Of a DNA stretch of 64,000 bases, positions 28,159 to 38,407 are shown piece by piece. Origin of the DNA: an uncultured Caulobacteraceae bacterium. GTDB taxonomy: Bacteria; Pseudomonadota; Alphaproteobacteria; Caulobacterales; Caulobacteraceae. The position numbers and the translations under genes were made by a program. Where the stretch lies: positions 1,869 through 65,868 of the forward strand of contig CAYYTA010000104.1 in assembly GCA_964474575.1 (NCBI GenBank), in the 5' to 3' direction. The notes below the pieces were generated by a model. It was not told the DNA's origin, did not search any database, and saw only the letters and a list, made by a program, of their open reading frames with translations. The number at the start of each line of letters is the position of its first letter. Positions within the stretch are counted from its first letter, which is position 1.

Positions 28159-29985
28159 CTACTCCACCGTCACCGACTTGGCGAGGTTGCGCGGCTGGTC
28201 GACATCGGTGCCTTTATGCACCGCCGTGTGGTAGGCCAGAAGCTGGATCGGCACCGAATAGACCAGGGGCGCGATGAAGCTGTCGCAATGCGGCGCGGCG
28301 AGGGTGGTCAGCGCCCCGGCCGGCAGGTTGGGCGCCTTGGCCGGGTCGTCGGTGATCATGATCACCTTGCCGCCGCGCGCGGCGACCTCCTGAACGTTCG
28401 ACGCCGTCTTTTCGAACAGGGCGTCGTCCGGCGCGATGACCACCACCGGGGTGCTCTCGTCGATCAGGGCGATCGGCCCGTGCTTCAGCTCGCCGGCGGC
28501 ATAACCCTCGGCATGGATGTAGCTGATTTCCTTGAGCTTCAGCGCCCCTTCCAGCGCCAGCGGATACATGTCGCCGCGGCCGAGATAGATGACGTCGCGC
28601 GCCTTGCTGAGGCCGTAGCTGACTTTCGTGATCTCGGCATCCATGGCCAGCGCCTCATTGATCAGGCCCGGCGCGGCCAGCAGGGCCTGGACCAGTTGCG
28701 CCTCGCGCGCCGCGTCGATGCGGCCGCGCTGGACGCCTGCGCAGACGGTCAGCGACAGCAGCGCCGCCAGTTGCGCTGTGAACGCCTTGGTCGAGGCGAC
28801 GCCGATTTCCGGACCGGCGTGGGTCGGCCACAGAATGTCGGCCTCGCGCGCCATGGTCGAAGAATGGACATTGACCAGGGCGGCGGTCTTCAGGCCCTGC
28901 TCCTTGCACCAGCGCAGGGCGGCCAGGGTATCGGCGGTCTCGCCCGACTGCGACACCGCCACGGCCAGGGTGCCCGGCGTCATGGCCGGGGCGCGGTAGC
29001 GGAACTCCGACGCCACCTCGACATCAACCGGCAATCCGGCGATCTTCTCGAAGGCGTAGCGGGCGATGGAGCCGGCATAGTAGGCGGTGCCGCAGGCGAT
29101 GATCTGGATACGGGCAACGCTTCGGAAATCGATGCCGGCCTTGATGTCGGCGCGGACGCCGCCGCCGACCGGATCGAGGAAGGCCGACAGGGTGCGCTGG
29201 CAGCTTTCCGGCTGCTCGTGCACTTCCTTCTCCATGAAATGGTGGTACGAGCCCTTTTCGACCAGGGCGGCGGACGCCGGGACGTGGGTGATGGCGCGGT
29301 TGACGCGGTGGCCGGTGGAATCGTAGATCTCGGCGTCGTGGCGGTGCAGGACGACCCAGTCGCCTTCTTCCAGATAGGTGACGCGCTGGGTGAACGGCCC
29401 GACGGCGAGGGCGTCCGAGCCCAAATACATTTCATTGTCGCCCCAGCCGACGACCAGGGGCGAGCCGCGCCGCGCGCCGAGGATGGTCTCGTCCTCGCCG
29501 CCGACCAGTATGGCCAGGGCGTAGGCGCCGTGCAGGCGGTCGAGCACGCTCTTGAAGGCGTCCTTCAATGGCTGGACCTTGAGCGCCTCGTCAAGCAGGT
29601 GGGCGATGACCTCGGTATCGGTATCGGACTGGAACACGTGGCCCTTGGCCTTGAGGGCGGCCTTGAGCTCGGCATAGTTCTCGATGATGCCGTTGTGGAC
29701 CAGGGTGACCTTGCCCTGGGCGTGGGGGTGGGCGTTGGCGACGGTCGGCGCGCCGTGCGTGGCCCAGCGGGTGTGGCCGATGCCGACGATGCCTTCTACG
29801 GGTTCGGCGGCGATGGCCGCTTCGAGGTTCCTGATCTTGCCGGCGGCGCGGCGGCGGTTGGGCGCGCCGTTCACCTGGACGGCAATGCCGGCGGAGTCAT
29901 AGCCGCGATATTCCAGCCTGCGCAGGGATTCGAGCAGGCGGGGCGCCACGGGTTCACTGCCGATGATACCGATAATGCCGCACAT
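28159..29985 (-). CDS. glmS: glutamine--fructose-6-phosphate aminotransferase
   Basis: Starts MCGIIGIIG (N-terminal nucleophile Cys), has two SIS domains and ends ...KSVTVE. 608 aa from the ATG at 29985. Confidence 0.95.
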   Translation of the reverse strand: MCGIIGIIGSEPVAPRLLESLRRLEYRGYDSAGIAVQVNGAPNRRRAAGKIRNLEAAIAAEPVEGIVGIGHTRWATHGAPTVANAHPHAQGKVTLVHNGIIENYAELKAALKAKGHVFQSDTDTEVIAHLLDEALKVQPLKDAFKSVLDRLHGAYALAILVGGEDETILGARRGSPLVVGWGDNEMYLGSDALAVGPFTQRVTYLEEGDWVVLHRHDAEIYDSTGHRVNRAITHVPASAALVEKGSYHHFMEKEVHEQPESCQRTLSAFLDPVGGGVRADIKAGIDFRSVARIQIIACGTAYYAGSIARYAFEKIAGLPVDVEVASEFRYRAPAMTPGTLAVAVSQSGETADTLAALRWCKEQGLKTAALVNVHSSTMAREADILWPTHAGPEIGVASTKAFTAQLAALLSLTVCAGVQRGRIDAAREAQLVQALLAAPGLINEALAMDAEITKVSYGLSKARDVIYLGRGDMYPLALEGALKLKEISYIHAEGYAAGELKHGPIALIDESTPVVVIAPDDALFEKTASNVQEVAARGGKVIMITDDPAKAPNLPAGALTTLAAPHCDSFIAPLVYSVPIQLLAYHTAVHKGTDVDQPRNLAKSVTVE

Positions 29986-30228
29986 GCGTGAATTTCCTTG
30001 CGTATGTAATTTTGGCTTGCGACGGCGATCTAGCATATTCCATGCCGCCTGGCTATAAACAAGCATGACAAAAGTTTACACGGCATGGAAAATAGGCTGT
30101 TAACACCCCATGCGCTTAAAGCATGGAGTTTTGGCTTTACACAACAGGCCGTCACAACAATTTGCAATTAATTTGTTGCATATTTTCCTGCCTCGGCCTA
30201 TGGGAGGGCTCTACCGAGGTCCATACCC

Positions 30229-30507
30229 ATGCACGACACGAAATGGGACAAGCTCCAGGCGGCGCTGTCCGCTTCCGGCCTGTCGATCCGCGACGTGGCC
30301 GACGCCGCCCAGATCGCCCAGAGCAGCATCTTCCGCGCTCTCAACGGCTCGACCAAGGCCTTGCGCCCGGAAACGGTCGACAAGCTTGAGGCCGCCTTCA
30401 TCGCCCTGGTTACCCAGCGCGCCGCCGGCTACCGCGAAGCGCTCGCCATGTATGCCTACAATCCCCTCCGCAGCAAAAACGAAGAAATGGCCACTCACAT
30501 GCCCGCC
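30229..30507 (+). other. in-frame, coding-like 93-codon extension upstream of glmM with an XRE-type HTH-like sequence
   Basis: [40 protein letters not shown] resembles a Cro/CI HTH. The third codon position is strongly GC-biased like real genes here, there is no stop before the canonical GlmM start, and GAGG lies upstream of ATG 30229. Confidence 0.45.
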
Positions 30508-31850
<1,343 letters not shown>

Positions 31851-31854
<4 letters not shown>

Positions 31855-32759
31855 GCGACCTGCACCAGGCGGCGGCGCGAGCGGTCGCCCAGGTCGGCGA
31901 ACCACAGGCGCGGGTCGAGCGCCACATCGTCGGTCAGGGCCATGCCGTCATAGGGAATGCGCGGCGCCTTGCGCTCGGAAGCGGCGACGATGGCGCGCAG
32001 TTCCGCCGCTGAGGTCACGCCGACGAAGACTTCCGACACGCCCGGAATGTTGAGTGCGTAGCTCAGGGCCGCGTGGAGCGGGTCGGCGCCGCCTTCGGCC
32101 ATGATCCGGCGCACCCGAGACAGATGGGGACCGATAGGGATCAGATTGGCCGGCAGGCTTTCGCGCGGCAGGAACAGCAGGCCTTGCAGAAAGACCGAGC
32201 GCACCTGAACCTCGATGCCGAGGTCGGCCAGGGCCTTGATCGTGCCGCTCCTGACCAGGCGCTGGTCGAGGATCGAAGCCGGCACCTGCACGATATCGGG
32301 CTTGAAGCGTTTGGCGAGCAACAGGGGCTGGTCGTCGTGGCTGGCGGAAATGCCGATCTTGCCGATCAGGCCGTCGGCCTTGAGCTTTTCCAGCCGCGCC
32401 CACAGCTCGTCGCCCTGCGGACCGGTCAGGTCCTCGGCGCAGTCGACCAGGGCGGCGTGGACGCGGGCCAGGCCCATGTGGTCGACGCTGCGGCGCAGGC
32501 GCGATTCAAGCCAGTCGAGACCCTTGTCGAGGCGCTGGGTGCGCACCTGCGGCTTGAACGGCGAGGGGAACGGCCAGTTGCGGCCCAGGATGCGCTCGAC
32601 ATCGCCGTCGTGGTGCGAGGCGTCGATGTTCAGGATCTTGTTGTCGGCGGCAAGTTGCAGGATCTGGCGCACCTCGTCCTCACCCACCTTGCCGCGGGTG
32701 TTGGAGATGCCGTAGTCGCCGCCGAATTGCGCCGAGCCGAGACCGAGTTGCGCCGTCAT
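31851..32759 (-). CDS. aldo/keto reductase
   Basis: [13 protein letters not shown]... with an AKR-type fold. 302 aa. Its stop codon overlaps the glmM stop in a CTAG tetranucleotide. Confidence 0.8.
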
Positions 32760-32914
32760 GTGCCGAGGTTTTGTTCGCTGTAACCATGCCGCTTAACCAC
32801 GCGGCCTTGCGTCCAATGTGGCGCGCAAATCTTAAACAACCTCTCAACAGGTCATAAAAAATCGGTATGGCGCGGGGCTTTTTCGCATACGGATTATGGT
32901 TAATGCGGGCTTAA

Positions 32915-33544
32915 TTAAACCCCGAAAACCTGCATCCGCTCCTCGACCCCCGCGACGCTGATGCCCAGGTCGTTGACGAGGCCGGTCGACAGTTCATAGA
33001 CCCAGCCGTGGACGGTCAGGGGCTGGCCGTCACGCCAGGCGGCAAGCGTGATCGGGTTGAGCGTGACGTTGCGCACCTGGGCGCGGACGTTCAGTTCGCA
33101 CAGGTGGTCGACCTTTTCCGATTGCGAGGCGCAGGCGTCGAGCTCATGGCGGTGCTCGTGGGCGATCTCGCGGATGGGCGACAGCCAGTGGTCGATCAGG
33201 CCGTGGTCGTCGGATTCCAGCGCCGTGCGCACGCCGCCGCAGCCATAATGTCCGACGACGAGGACATGCTTCACCTTGAGCACGTGGACGGCATATTGCA
33301 GGGTCGAGAGGTAATTGGCGTCCTGGGGCGGAGTCAGGTTGGCGACGTTGCGGTGGACGAACATCTCGCCGGGATCGAGATTGACGATTTCATTGGCCGG
33401 GACGCGAGAGTCGGCGCAGCCGATCCAGAAGTATTCCGGATACTGCTGGGCCACCAGGCGCTTGAAGAAACCGGGGTCGACCTGCGTCTTGGCGGCGGCC
33501 CATTTGCGATTGTTGTCGATCAGTTCGTCCAGCATGGGCGTCAT
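32915..33544 (-). CDS. beta-class carbonic anhydrase
   Basis: Motifs GCADSRV and VVGHYGCGG (zinc ligands). Start taken at MTPMLDELIDNNRKWAA. Confidence 0.9.
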   Translation of the reverse strand: MTPMLDELIDNNRKWAAAKTQVDPGFFKRLVAQQYPEYFWIGCADSRVPANEIVNLDPGEMFVHRNVANLTPPQDANYLSTLQYAVHVLKVKHVLVVGHYGCGGVRTALESDDHGLIDHWLSPIREIAHEHRHELDACASQSEKVDHLCELNVRAQVRNVTLNPITLAAWRDGQPLTVHGWVYELSTGLVNDLGISVAGVEERMQVFGV

Positions 33545-33578
33545 GTAGGCCCGCGCGCCGCCGGGATCAAGCCTTTTA

Positions 33579-33588
33579 CGCAATTGCG
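33579..33588. promoter_or_regulatory. perfect 10-bp palindrome in the carbonic anhydrase / lacI divergent intergenic region
   Basis: CGCAATTGCG. Function unknown, and it may be a chance palindrome. Confidence 0.25.
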
Positions 33589-33656
33589 AGAGGATGGCGG
33601 CCTTGACAACCAAGCCCGGCATGGCCACCGTCCCCGCAAAGGATAAACGTCACCGG

Positions 33657-34676
33657 ATGAAGCGCCCTACCTCCTTCGATATCGCCGCCCTGGCCGGGGT
33701 GTCGCAGGCGACCGTGTCGCGCGCCCTGTCGCGGTCGTCGTCGGTCAGCGAAGCCGTGCGCCAGCGGGTGTTCGAGGCGGCGGCCAAGCTGAACTACACG
33801 GTCGACATCAATGCGCGGAAGCTGCGTTCGAAGAAGATCAACACCATCGCCGTGCTGGTGTCCGAGGATCTCGACCATTCCGACAACCGCATCAATCCCT
33901 TCTTCCTGCCGCTGATCGGGTCGATCCTCGACTATGCCACCGAAAAGGGCGTCGACATTCTGATGTCGCTGCAGAAGCCGGGCGCCGACTGGGGCGCGGA
34001 CTATGCCTTTTCGCGCCGCGCCGACGGCATCATCTTTTTGGGCTATCGCGATTTCGAGACCTACATGCAGCGCGTCGCGGTATTGCGGGAGGTCGGCGAG
34101 CCGTGGGTGGTGTTCGGGCCGGTCATCCCGGAGGAGCCCAATCTCTTCATCGGCAGCGACAACGAAGGTGGGGCGCATCTGGCCGTCGAACACCTGATCC
34201 GGCTCGGCCGGCGGCGGATCGTGTTCCTCGGCGAAGCGTCGGAACGCCATTCGGAGTTTTTCGAGCGCTACAAAGGCTACCTGCGCGCCCATGCAGAGGC
34301 GGGCGTGGCGGCCGATCCGGCCCTGGCGGTCGATTGCTTCATCTCGCGCGAGGAGGGAGCGGCGGCGGTCGAACGGCTGCTGGACCAGGGCGTGGCGTTC
34401 GATGCCGTGTTCGCGGTGACCGACCTGCTGGCCATCGGGGCGATCCAGTCATTGCAGAAGCGGGAACTGAACGTGCCGAAGGATGTGTCGGTGATGGGGT
34501 TCGACGACCTGTGGGCGTGCACCTGCATCAATCCGTCGCTATCGACGGTGCACCAGGATACGGCGGCGGCGGCGCGGGCCCTGGTCGATACGCTGGCCCT
34601 GCTGATCGACGGCGCGCCGGTGGAACGGACCAGGATACCGACGAGGTTGGTGATCCGGGAATCGTGTGGTGGGTAG
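33657..34676 (+). CDS. LacI-family transcriptional regulator (copy 1)
   Basis: MKRPTSFDIAALAGVSQATVSRALS HTH followed by a periplasmic-binding-protein-like sugar-binding core, ending ...LVIRESCGG. Confidence 0.9.
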   Translation: MKRPTSFDIAALAGVSQATVSRALSRSSSVSEAVRQRVFEAAAKLNYTVDINARKLRSKKINTIAVLVSEDLDHSDNRINPFFLPLIGSILDYATEKGVDILMSLQKPGADWGADYAFSRRADGIIFLGYRDFETYMQRVAVLREVGEPWVVFGPVIPEEPNLFIGSDNEGGAHLAVEHLIRLGRRRIVFLGEASERHSEFFERYKGYLRAHAEAGVAADPALAVDCFISREEGAAAVERLLDQGVAFDAVFAVTDLLAIGAIQSLQKRELNVPKDVSVMGFDDLWACTCINPSLSTVHQDTAAAARALVDTLALLIDGAPVERTRIPTRLVIRESCGG

Positions 34677-34753
34677 ACCTTGCCCTTGGCGCCGATTTGC
34701 CGTGCACGGACGTCAGGACGTGCAGGGCGCTTAAACTTTGTTTGGAAGAAGCC

Positions 34754-35092
34754 ATGGCGACTTATACCAAGGAATGTCCTTTTGATGGGGATCAATCACC
34801 GGTAAAAATTTCGCGTGGCGTGCTCGAATATTCCGTACCCCATAAGTGCGTCGGGTGTGAAAACTTACACGAGGCTCGATGCAAGGTCGTTACTAACCGG
34901 TTGGTTAGATTGGATTATGGATTTTGTGGAATCGGCGGGTCAAAAGAGCTTGTTGATCATTCGATGGCGCGAAGGCCTATCCCAGTGAAATGCTCGACCT
35001 GCCAATATCTCCAGGGCAAGCCTCTCTACGGACTTGTTTGTGTCAAGGATGCTGACACGTGGGGCGGTGTGCCCAGAGGCCTGGACTACTAA
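34754..35092 (+). CDS. Cys-rich orphan protein (112 aa) with two CxxC pairs; atypical codon usage
   Basis: MATYTKECPF...CVGCENLHEARC...CSTCQYL...VC. The many A/T-ending codons contrast with neighbouring genes. A strong hairpin follows 6 nt after the stop. Confidence 0.5.
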   Translation: MATYTKECPFDGDQSPVKISRGVLEYSVPHKCVGCENLHEARCKVVTNRLVRLDYGFCGIGGSKELVDHSMARRPIPVKCSTCQYLQGKPLYGLVCVKDADTWGGVPRGLDY

Positions 35093-35098
35093 AAATGA

Positions 35099-35124
35099 CC
35101 CCCGGTCGCTCGGGCGACCGGGGG
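35099..35124 (-). terminator. GC-rich hairpin between convergent Cys-rich ORF and GH15 gene
   Basis: CCCCCGGTCGC-TCGG-GCGACCGGGGG. The minus-strand reading is followed by TCATTTTT. Confidence 0.65.
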
Positions 35125-35175
35125 CCTAGTTATGGTCAGGGGGTTGAGACAAGTCCTTGACCTAGCTCGTAAAAT

Positions 35176-37659
35176 CTACTCCTTGCCGGCGAAGCGCGCA
35201 TAGGTGTCGGGGTTCAGGTCCCACACCTGCTTGTCGCGCAACGACCTGAGCAGCTTGATATATTCGGCGTGGCTCCAGGCCAGCGGCGTGGCCGAATCCG
35301 TGCCCTGGCCCATGGTGTAGCCGTGCGGATCGGGGGTTCCGACGCCATCGAACACCTGCTCCGGGATCATCAGGCCCTCGTTGGCGAAGCCTTCCATGCC
35401 CTTGACGTAGACGCCGCGGATGGCGTCGATGTCGGCCTGCGTCACGCCGCCGGGCTTGGCGGCATCGAGGGCCAGTTCGTAATGGCCGCGCTCGCCAGTG
35501 AAGATCGGCCACACGCGGCCGCGCTGGTTCGGGTCCATCTGGCCGCCTATGGCGTAGTCGCCGCCGGTGGTGCGGTCGCCGTAACCGTCATTGCCGTAGC
35601 GGCGGAAGCCGGGGACGGTCGCGCCGCCGATGTTGAAATCGTAGCGGACGCGCAGGTTGTCCGGCAGGGCCTGGTCGTCGATCACTTTCAGCGACGAGAC
35701 GATATCGGCGTCGTCGGCCTTGCGCACGCCATAGCGGACCAGCTCGATGAAGCCCTGGTCGACCATCTGGTCGGCGGCGAGGCCGGGATGGCCATTGCGT
35801 TCGTCGAGTTGGCCCGGGTTGTTGGCGTCTTCCGAGCGTGAGATGCGCAGGTAATAGGTCGAGGGCTGACCGGTCAGGGTGCCGGTCCTGGTGACGAGAC
35901 GTTGCTCCAGCTTGGCCGAATAGTCGTCGGCGTGGGCGAGGAAGTCCTGGGCGCCCGCCGGGTCGCCGGCCTGGGTGGCGATATCGGCGGCCTCCGTCAG
36001 GCCGGCGATGACGGCGGCGGTGGTCGAGGGCGAATAGCCTTCCTGCTCCTCCCAGCGTTCCTGCTGCGACCAGGGCGGGGTAATGGTGGCGTGGTTCCAG
36101 TCGAGGCCGACCGTGCCGCCGTGGCTGAGGAAAAGGGCGGCGGGCTTGAGCATCGAGTTGTAGGAGGCGACCAGTTCGTCCTTGGAGATCAGGCCCATCT
36201 GTTCAAGGCGCGCGCCGAGCAGGATCGGCATGGCGGTCTGGTCGAGCTGGATGCCGACCCATTCGGCGGTGCCGTCGACGTGCGACTTCTGCTGGAACCA
36301 GCCGGTGGCGCCGTTGTTGCCGGGCGTCTTGTCGGTCACCTGGACGGTCGGCAGGTAGCGGAAGGCGGCGACCGGCGTTTCCTTGTCGCCGAGGGCAGCC
36401 AGGGCCATGGCGACCTGATAGAAGTCGCGCGGCCACACGCCCTTGTAGCCCGTCGAGGACACCTTGGTATAGACGGCGTCGCCCCACGGATTGGAAAGCG
36501 AGGCGATCAGGGCGCCGGCGGCGGTGCGGTCTTCCTGCACCTTGAGCGCCAGGGCGGAGGCGTAGAGCAGCTTGCCGTTGTCCTCTGACATGGGAACGAG
36601 GCTTGGCAGGTCACTGAGCGAGTCGAGGTAGTCTTCCCAGCCGATGCGCCTGCCCTTGCCGTCGTAACGCGCCAGCACCTCGGCATAGCCGGTCTTCAGC
36701 GTGGCCGCGGCTTCTGCCTCGGCCGAGGCGGTGTCGTGGCCAAAACCAATGACGAAGTCGGTGGTCGAAGTCGTCTTCACGGTTGCCATCTGACCGACGA
36801 GGACGATGTTGCCGGCGACGCCGTTGGTCGAGTCGCGCTGGGCGATCAGCTGCTGGTGCGCCCCGATCGTGGCGACGCCGTCGGTGGTGCCGGCGAAACC
36901 GACATTGTGGCCCTTGAACGGCGCGCTGGCCTCGAGGCTGAGCGCGACATCGCCTTCATAGGCGTCGAGCGCGGTATTGGACGCCGTGCCCTGGTCGCTG
37001 CCCGAAGTGTTGGCCATCGACGGGTCGAGGATCAGATAGGGCGTGACCGGGCCTTTCAGCGCCTTGACCGTGACGCGCATCATCACGCTCTGATGGTCAG
37101 GGTCGGTGAACACGTCCTTGATGATGACGAAGCGGCCCTGCTTGTCGGTATTGGTCAGGCGGTAGGCGGGCGACAGTGGCCGGCCGGCGGCATCCTTGTC
37201 GATATAGTCGACATGGCTCGTCGTGTCGGTATCCTCGAATGCCGTCCAGCCGTCCCCGGCGATGGCCAGCTGCGCCTCGCGGATCTGGGCCTCGTGGATG
37301 CGGCCGTACATGGTTTCGGTCAGCACGCCCTGAGCCAGGGAGAACCATACCTTCGACACGGTGCCGGTCCTTGCCTGGTCGCTGTACTGATAGTCCTTGT
37401 AGGCCTCGTAGGACGCGCCGATGCCCTGCTTGCCGGAATAGGCCCACGCAGAGGCGTTGCCCGGGCCGTCGACGGCTTCGCCGCCGGCATTGAGGGTCGG
37501 GTTATGGTTTTCGGGGGTGACGGCCGTTTGAGCCGTCCTTTCAGGGGCCGTGGAATCCTGGGCGTTTGCAACGAACGGCAAGGCCACGGCCGTCATCAGG
37601 GCCAGAACGCTGACAAGCCCGGCGCGCGCCGCCGGGCGGGTGGAAAACCCCTGGACCAT
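35176..37659 (-). CDS. secreted glycoside hydrolase family 15 (glucoamylase/glucodextranase-like)
   Basis: 827 aa with a signal peptide ending ..FVANAQD and an N-terminal beta-sandwich. The (alpha/alpha)6 catalytic region contains YKGVWPRDFY and ...QQERWEEQEGYSPSTTA. Confidence 0.85.
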   Translation of the reverse strand: MVQGFSTRPAARAGLVSVLALMTAVALPFVANAQDSTAPERTAQTAVTPENHNPTLNAGGEAVDGPGNASAWAYSGKQGIGASYEAYKDYQYSDQARTGTVSKVWFSLAQGVLTETMYGRIHEAQIREAQLAIAGDGWTAFEDTDTTSHVDYIDKDAAGRPLSPAYRLTNTDKQGRFVIIKDVFTDPDHQSVMMRVTVKALKGPVTPYLILDPSMANTSGSDQGTASNTALDAYEGDVALSLEASAPFKGHNVGFAGTTDGVATIGAHQQLIAQRDSTNGVAGNIVLVGQMATVKTTSTTDFVIGFGHDTASAEAEAAATLKTGYAEVLARYDGKGRRIGWEDYLDSLSDLPSLVPMSEDNGKLLYASALALKVQEDRTAAGALIASLSNPWGDAVYTKVSSTGYKGVWPRDFYQVAMALAALGDKETPVAAFRYLPTVQVTDKTPGNNGATGWFQQKSHVDGTAEWVGIQLDQTAMPILLGARLEQMGLISKDELVASYNSMLKPAALFLSHGGTVGLDWNHATITPPWSQQERWEEQEGYSPSTTAAVIAGLTEAADIATQAGDPAGAQDFLAHADDYSAKLEQRLVTRTGTLTGQPSTYYLRISRSEDANNPGQLDERNGHPGLAADQMVDQGFIELVRYGVRKADDADIVSSLKVIDDQALPDNLRVRYDFNIGGATVPGFRRYGNDGYGDRTTGGDYAIGGQMDPNQRGRVWPIFTGERGHYELALDAAKPGGVTQADIDAIRGVYVKGMEGFANEGLMIPEQVFDGVGTPDPHGYTMGQGTDSATPLAWSHAEYIKLLRSLRDKQVWDLNPDTYARFAGKE

Positions 37660-37782
37660 CTACCTCTCCTGCATCCGGGCAGCTGCTGGCCTGACCCGGA
37701 TTATGTACCTTTTGAAGACCGCGCCTCAGCGGCGATCCGTATTATTTTGCGACCTTATGCAAAAAATACGGCGGAGTCGCGC

Positions 37783-37796
37783 TGCATACGTATTCA
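37783..37796. promoter_or_regulatory. LacI-type operator, box type 1, upstream of GH15
   Basis: TGCATACGTATTCA lies 124 nt upstream of the GH15 start and is nearly identical to the boxes at 38291 and 38323. Confidence 0.55.
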
Positions 37797-37965
37797 CGGA
37801 TGGGAATTTCGAAGAAGGGATACGGCGCGTCTCGAAGGATCAATTGGCGCGTGGTTGGAAAGGCCACCACCACATCTCACCGCCTAGACCCGCGGCCTTT
37901 CGCGGCTCATGCGCCCACTCCCACAGGTGGGGAGGTGTAAGGCATACTGCCGGAAAACAAAAAAA

Positions 37966-37995
37966 TTCCCCTGACCCGAGGGCAGGTCAGGGGAA
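37966..37995 (-). terminator. orphan intrinsic terminator inside the divergent GH15/GH97 intergenic region
   Basis: TTCCCCTGACC...GGTCAGGGGAA. The minus-strand reading is followed by TTTTTTTGTTTTCC. No annotated gene ends here. Confidence 0.6.
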
Positions 37996-38139
37996 GTTTG
38001 TGTTGAGAAGATACCACTTACAAAGTCTGCACCCTGTAATTGGTGTATTCCGGCGGCGTCACAAACTGCCGGAATTCCGGGCGGACCGGCGCTGCGGGGC
38101 GTCATGAAAACGCTTGCAGCGCGATCCGGAACTCATTTC

Positions 38140-38153
38140 TGTAAACGTTTTCA
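38140..38153. promoter_or_regulatory. LacI/cre-like operator, box type 2
   Basis: TGTAAACGTTTTCA. Related sites are TGAAAACGCTTGCA at 38105-38118, TTAAACGTTTTCA at 38392-38404 (overlapping the GH97 ribosome-binding region) and TGAAAGCGCTTGCT at 42500-42513. Confidence 0.45.
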
Positions 38154-38289
38154 CGACGTACCAAAGCAAATAAAGTCAGGAAATGGTCCCATTTGACCGT
38201 CCTGACTCTTACCGCAAGGGTCCGCCCGGCGAACGCCGGTCCACAGACTTCATGCGAACCTTATCACGCGATCGTGTGAAAAAGCAATC

Positions 38290-38336
38290 TTGAATACGTA
38301 TTCAAATAAATGTGAGCGGAATTGAATACGTATCCA
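38290..38336. promoter_or_regulatory. two tandem LacI-type operators, box type 1, upstream of GH97
   Basis: The perfect 16-bp palindrome TTGAATACGTATTCAA (38290-38305) and TGAATACGTATCCA (38323-38336) lie 85-117 nt upstream of the GH97 ORF. Confidence 0.6.
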
Positions 38337-38407
38337 CCGAAACCGCCTCTTTCGCCGCAAAGCCTTTTGCCCTAAGGCAATGGACAAAAGATTAAACGTT
38401 TTCAGGG

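Noticed and set aside
29986-30228. glmS ribozyme/riboswitch or another leader RNA in the long glmS upstream region
   Set aside because: The glmS ribozyme is a Gram-positive feature. I see no matching conserved core, only weak short inverted repeats (for example TGCAA-N8-TTGCA).
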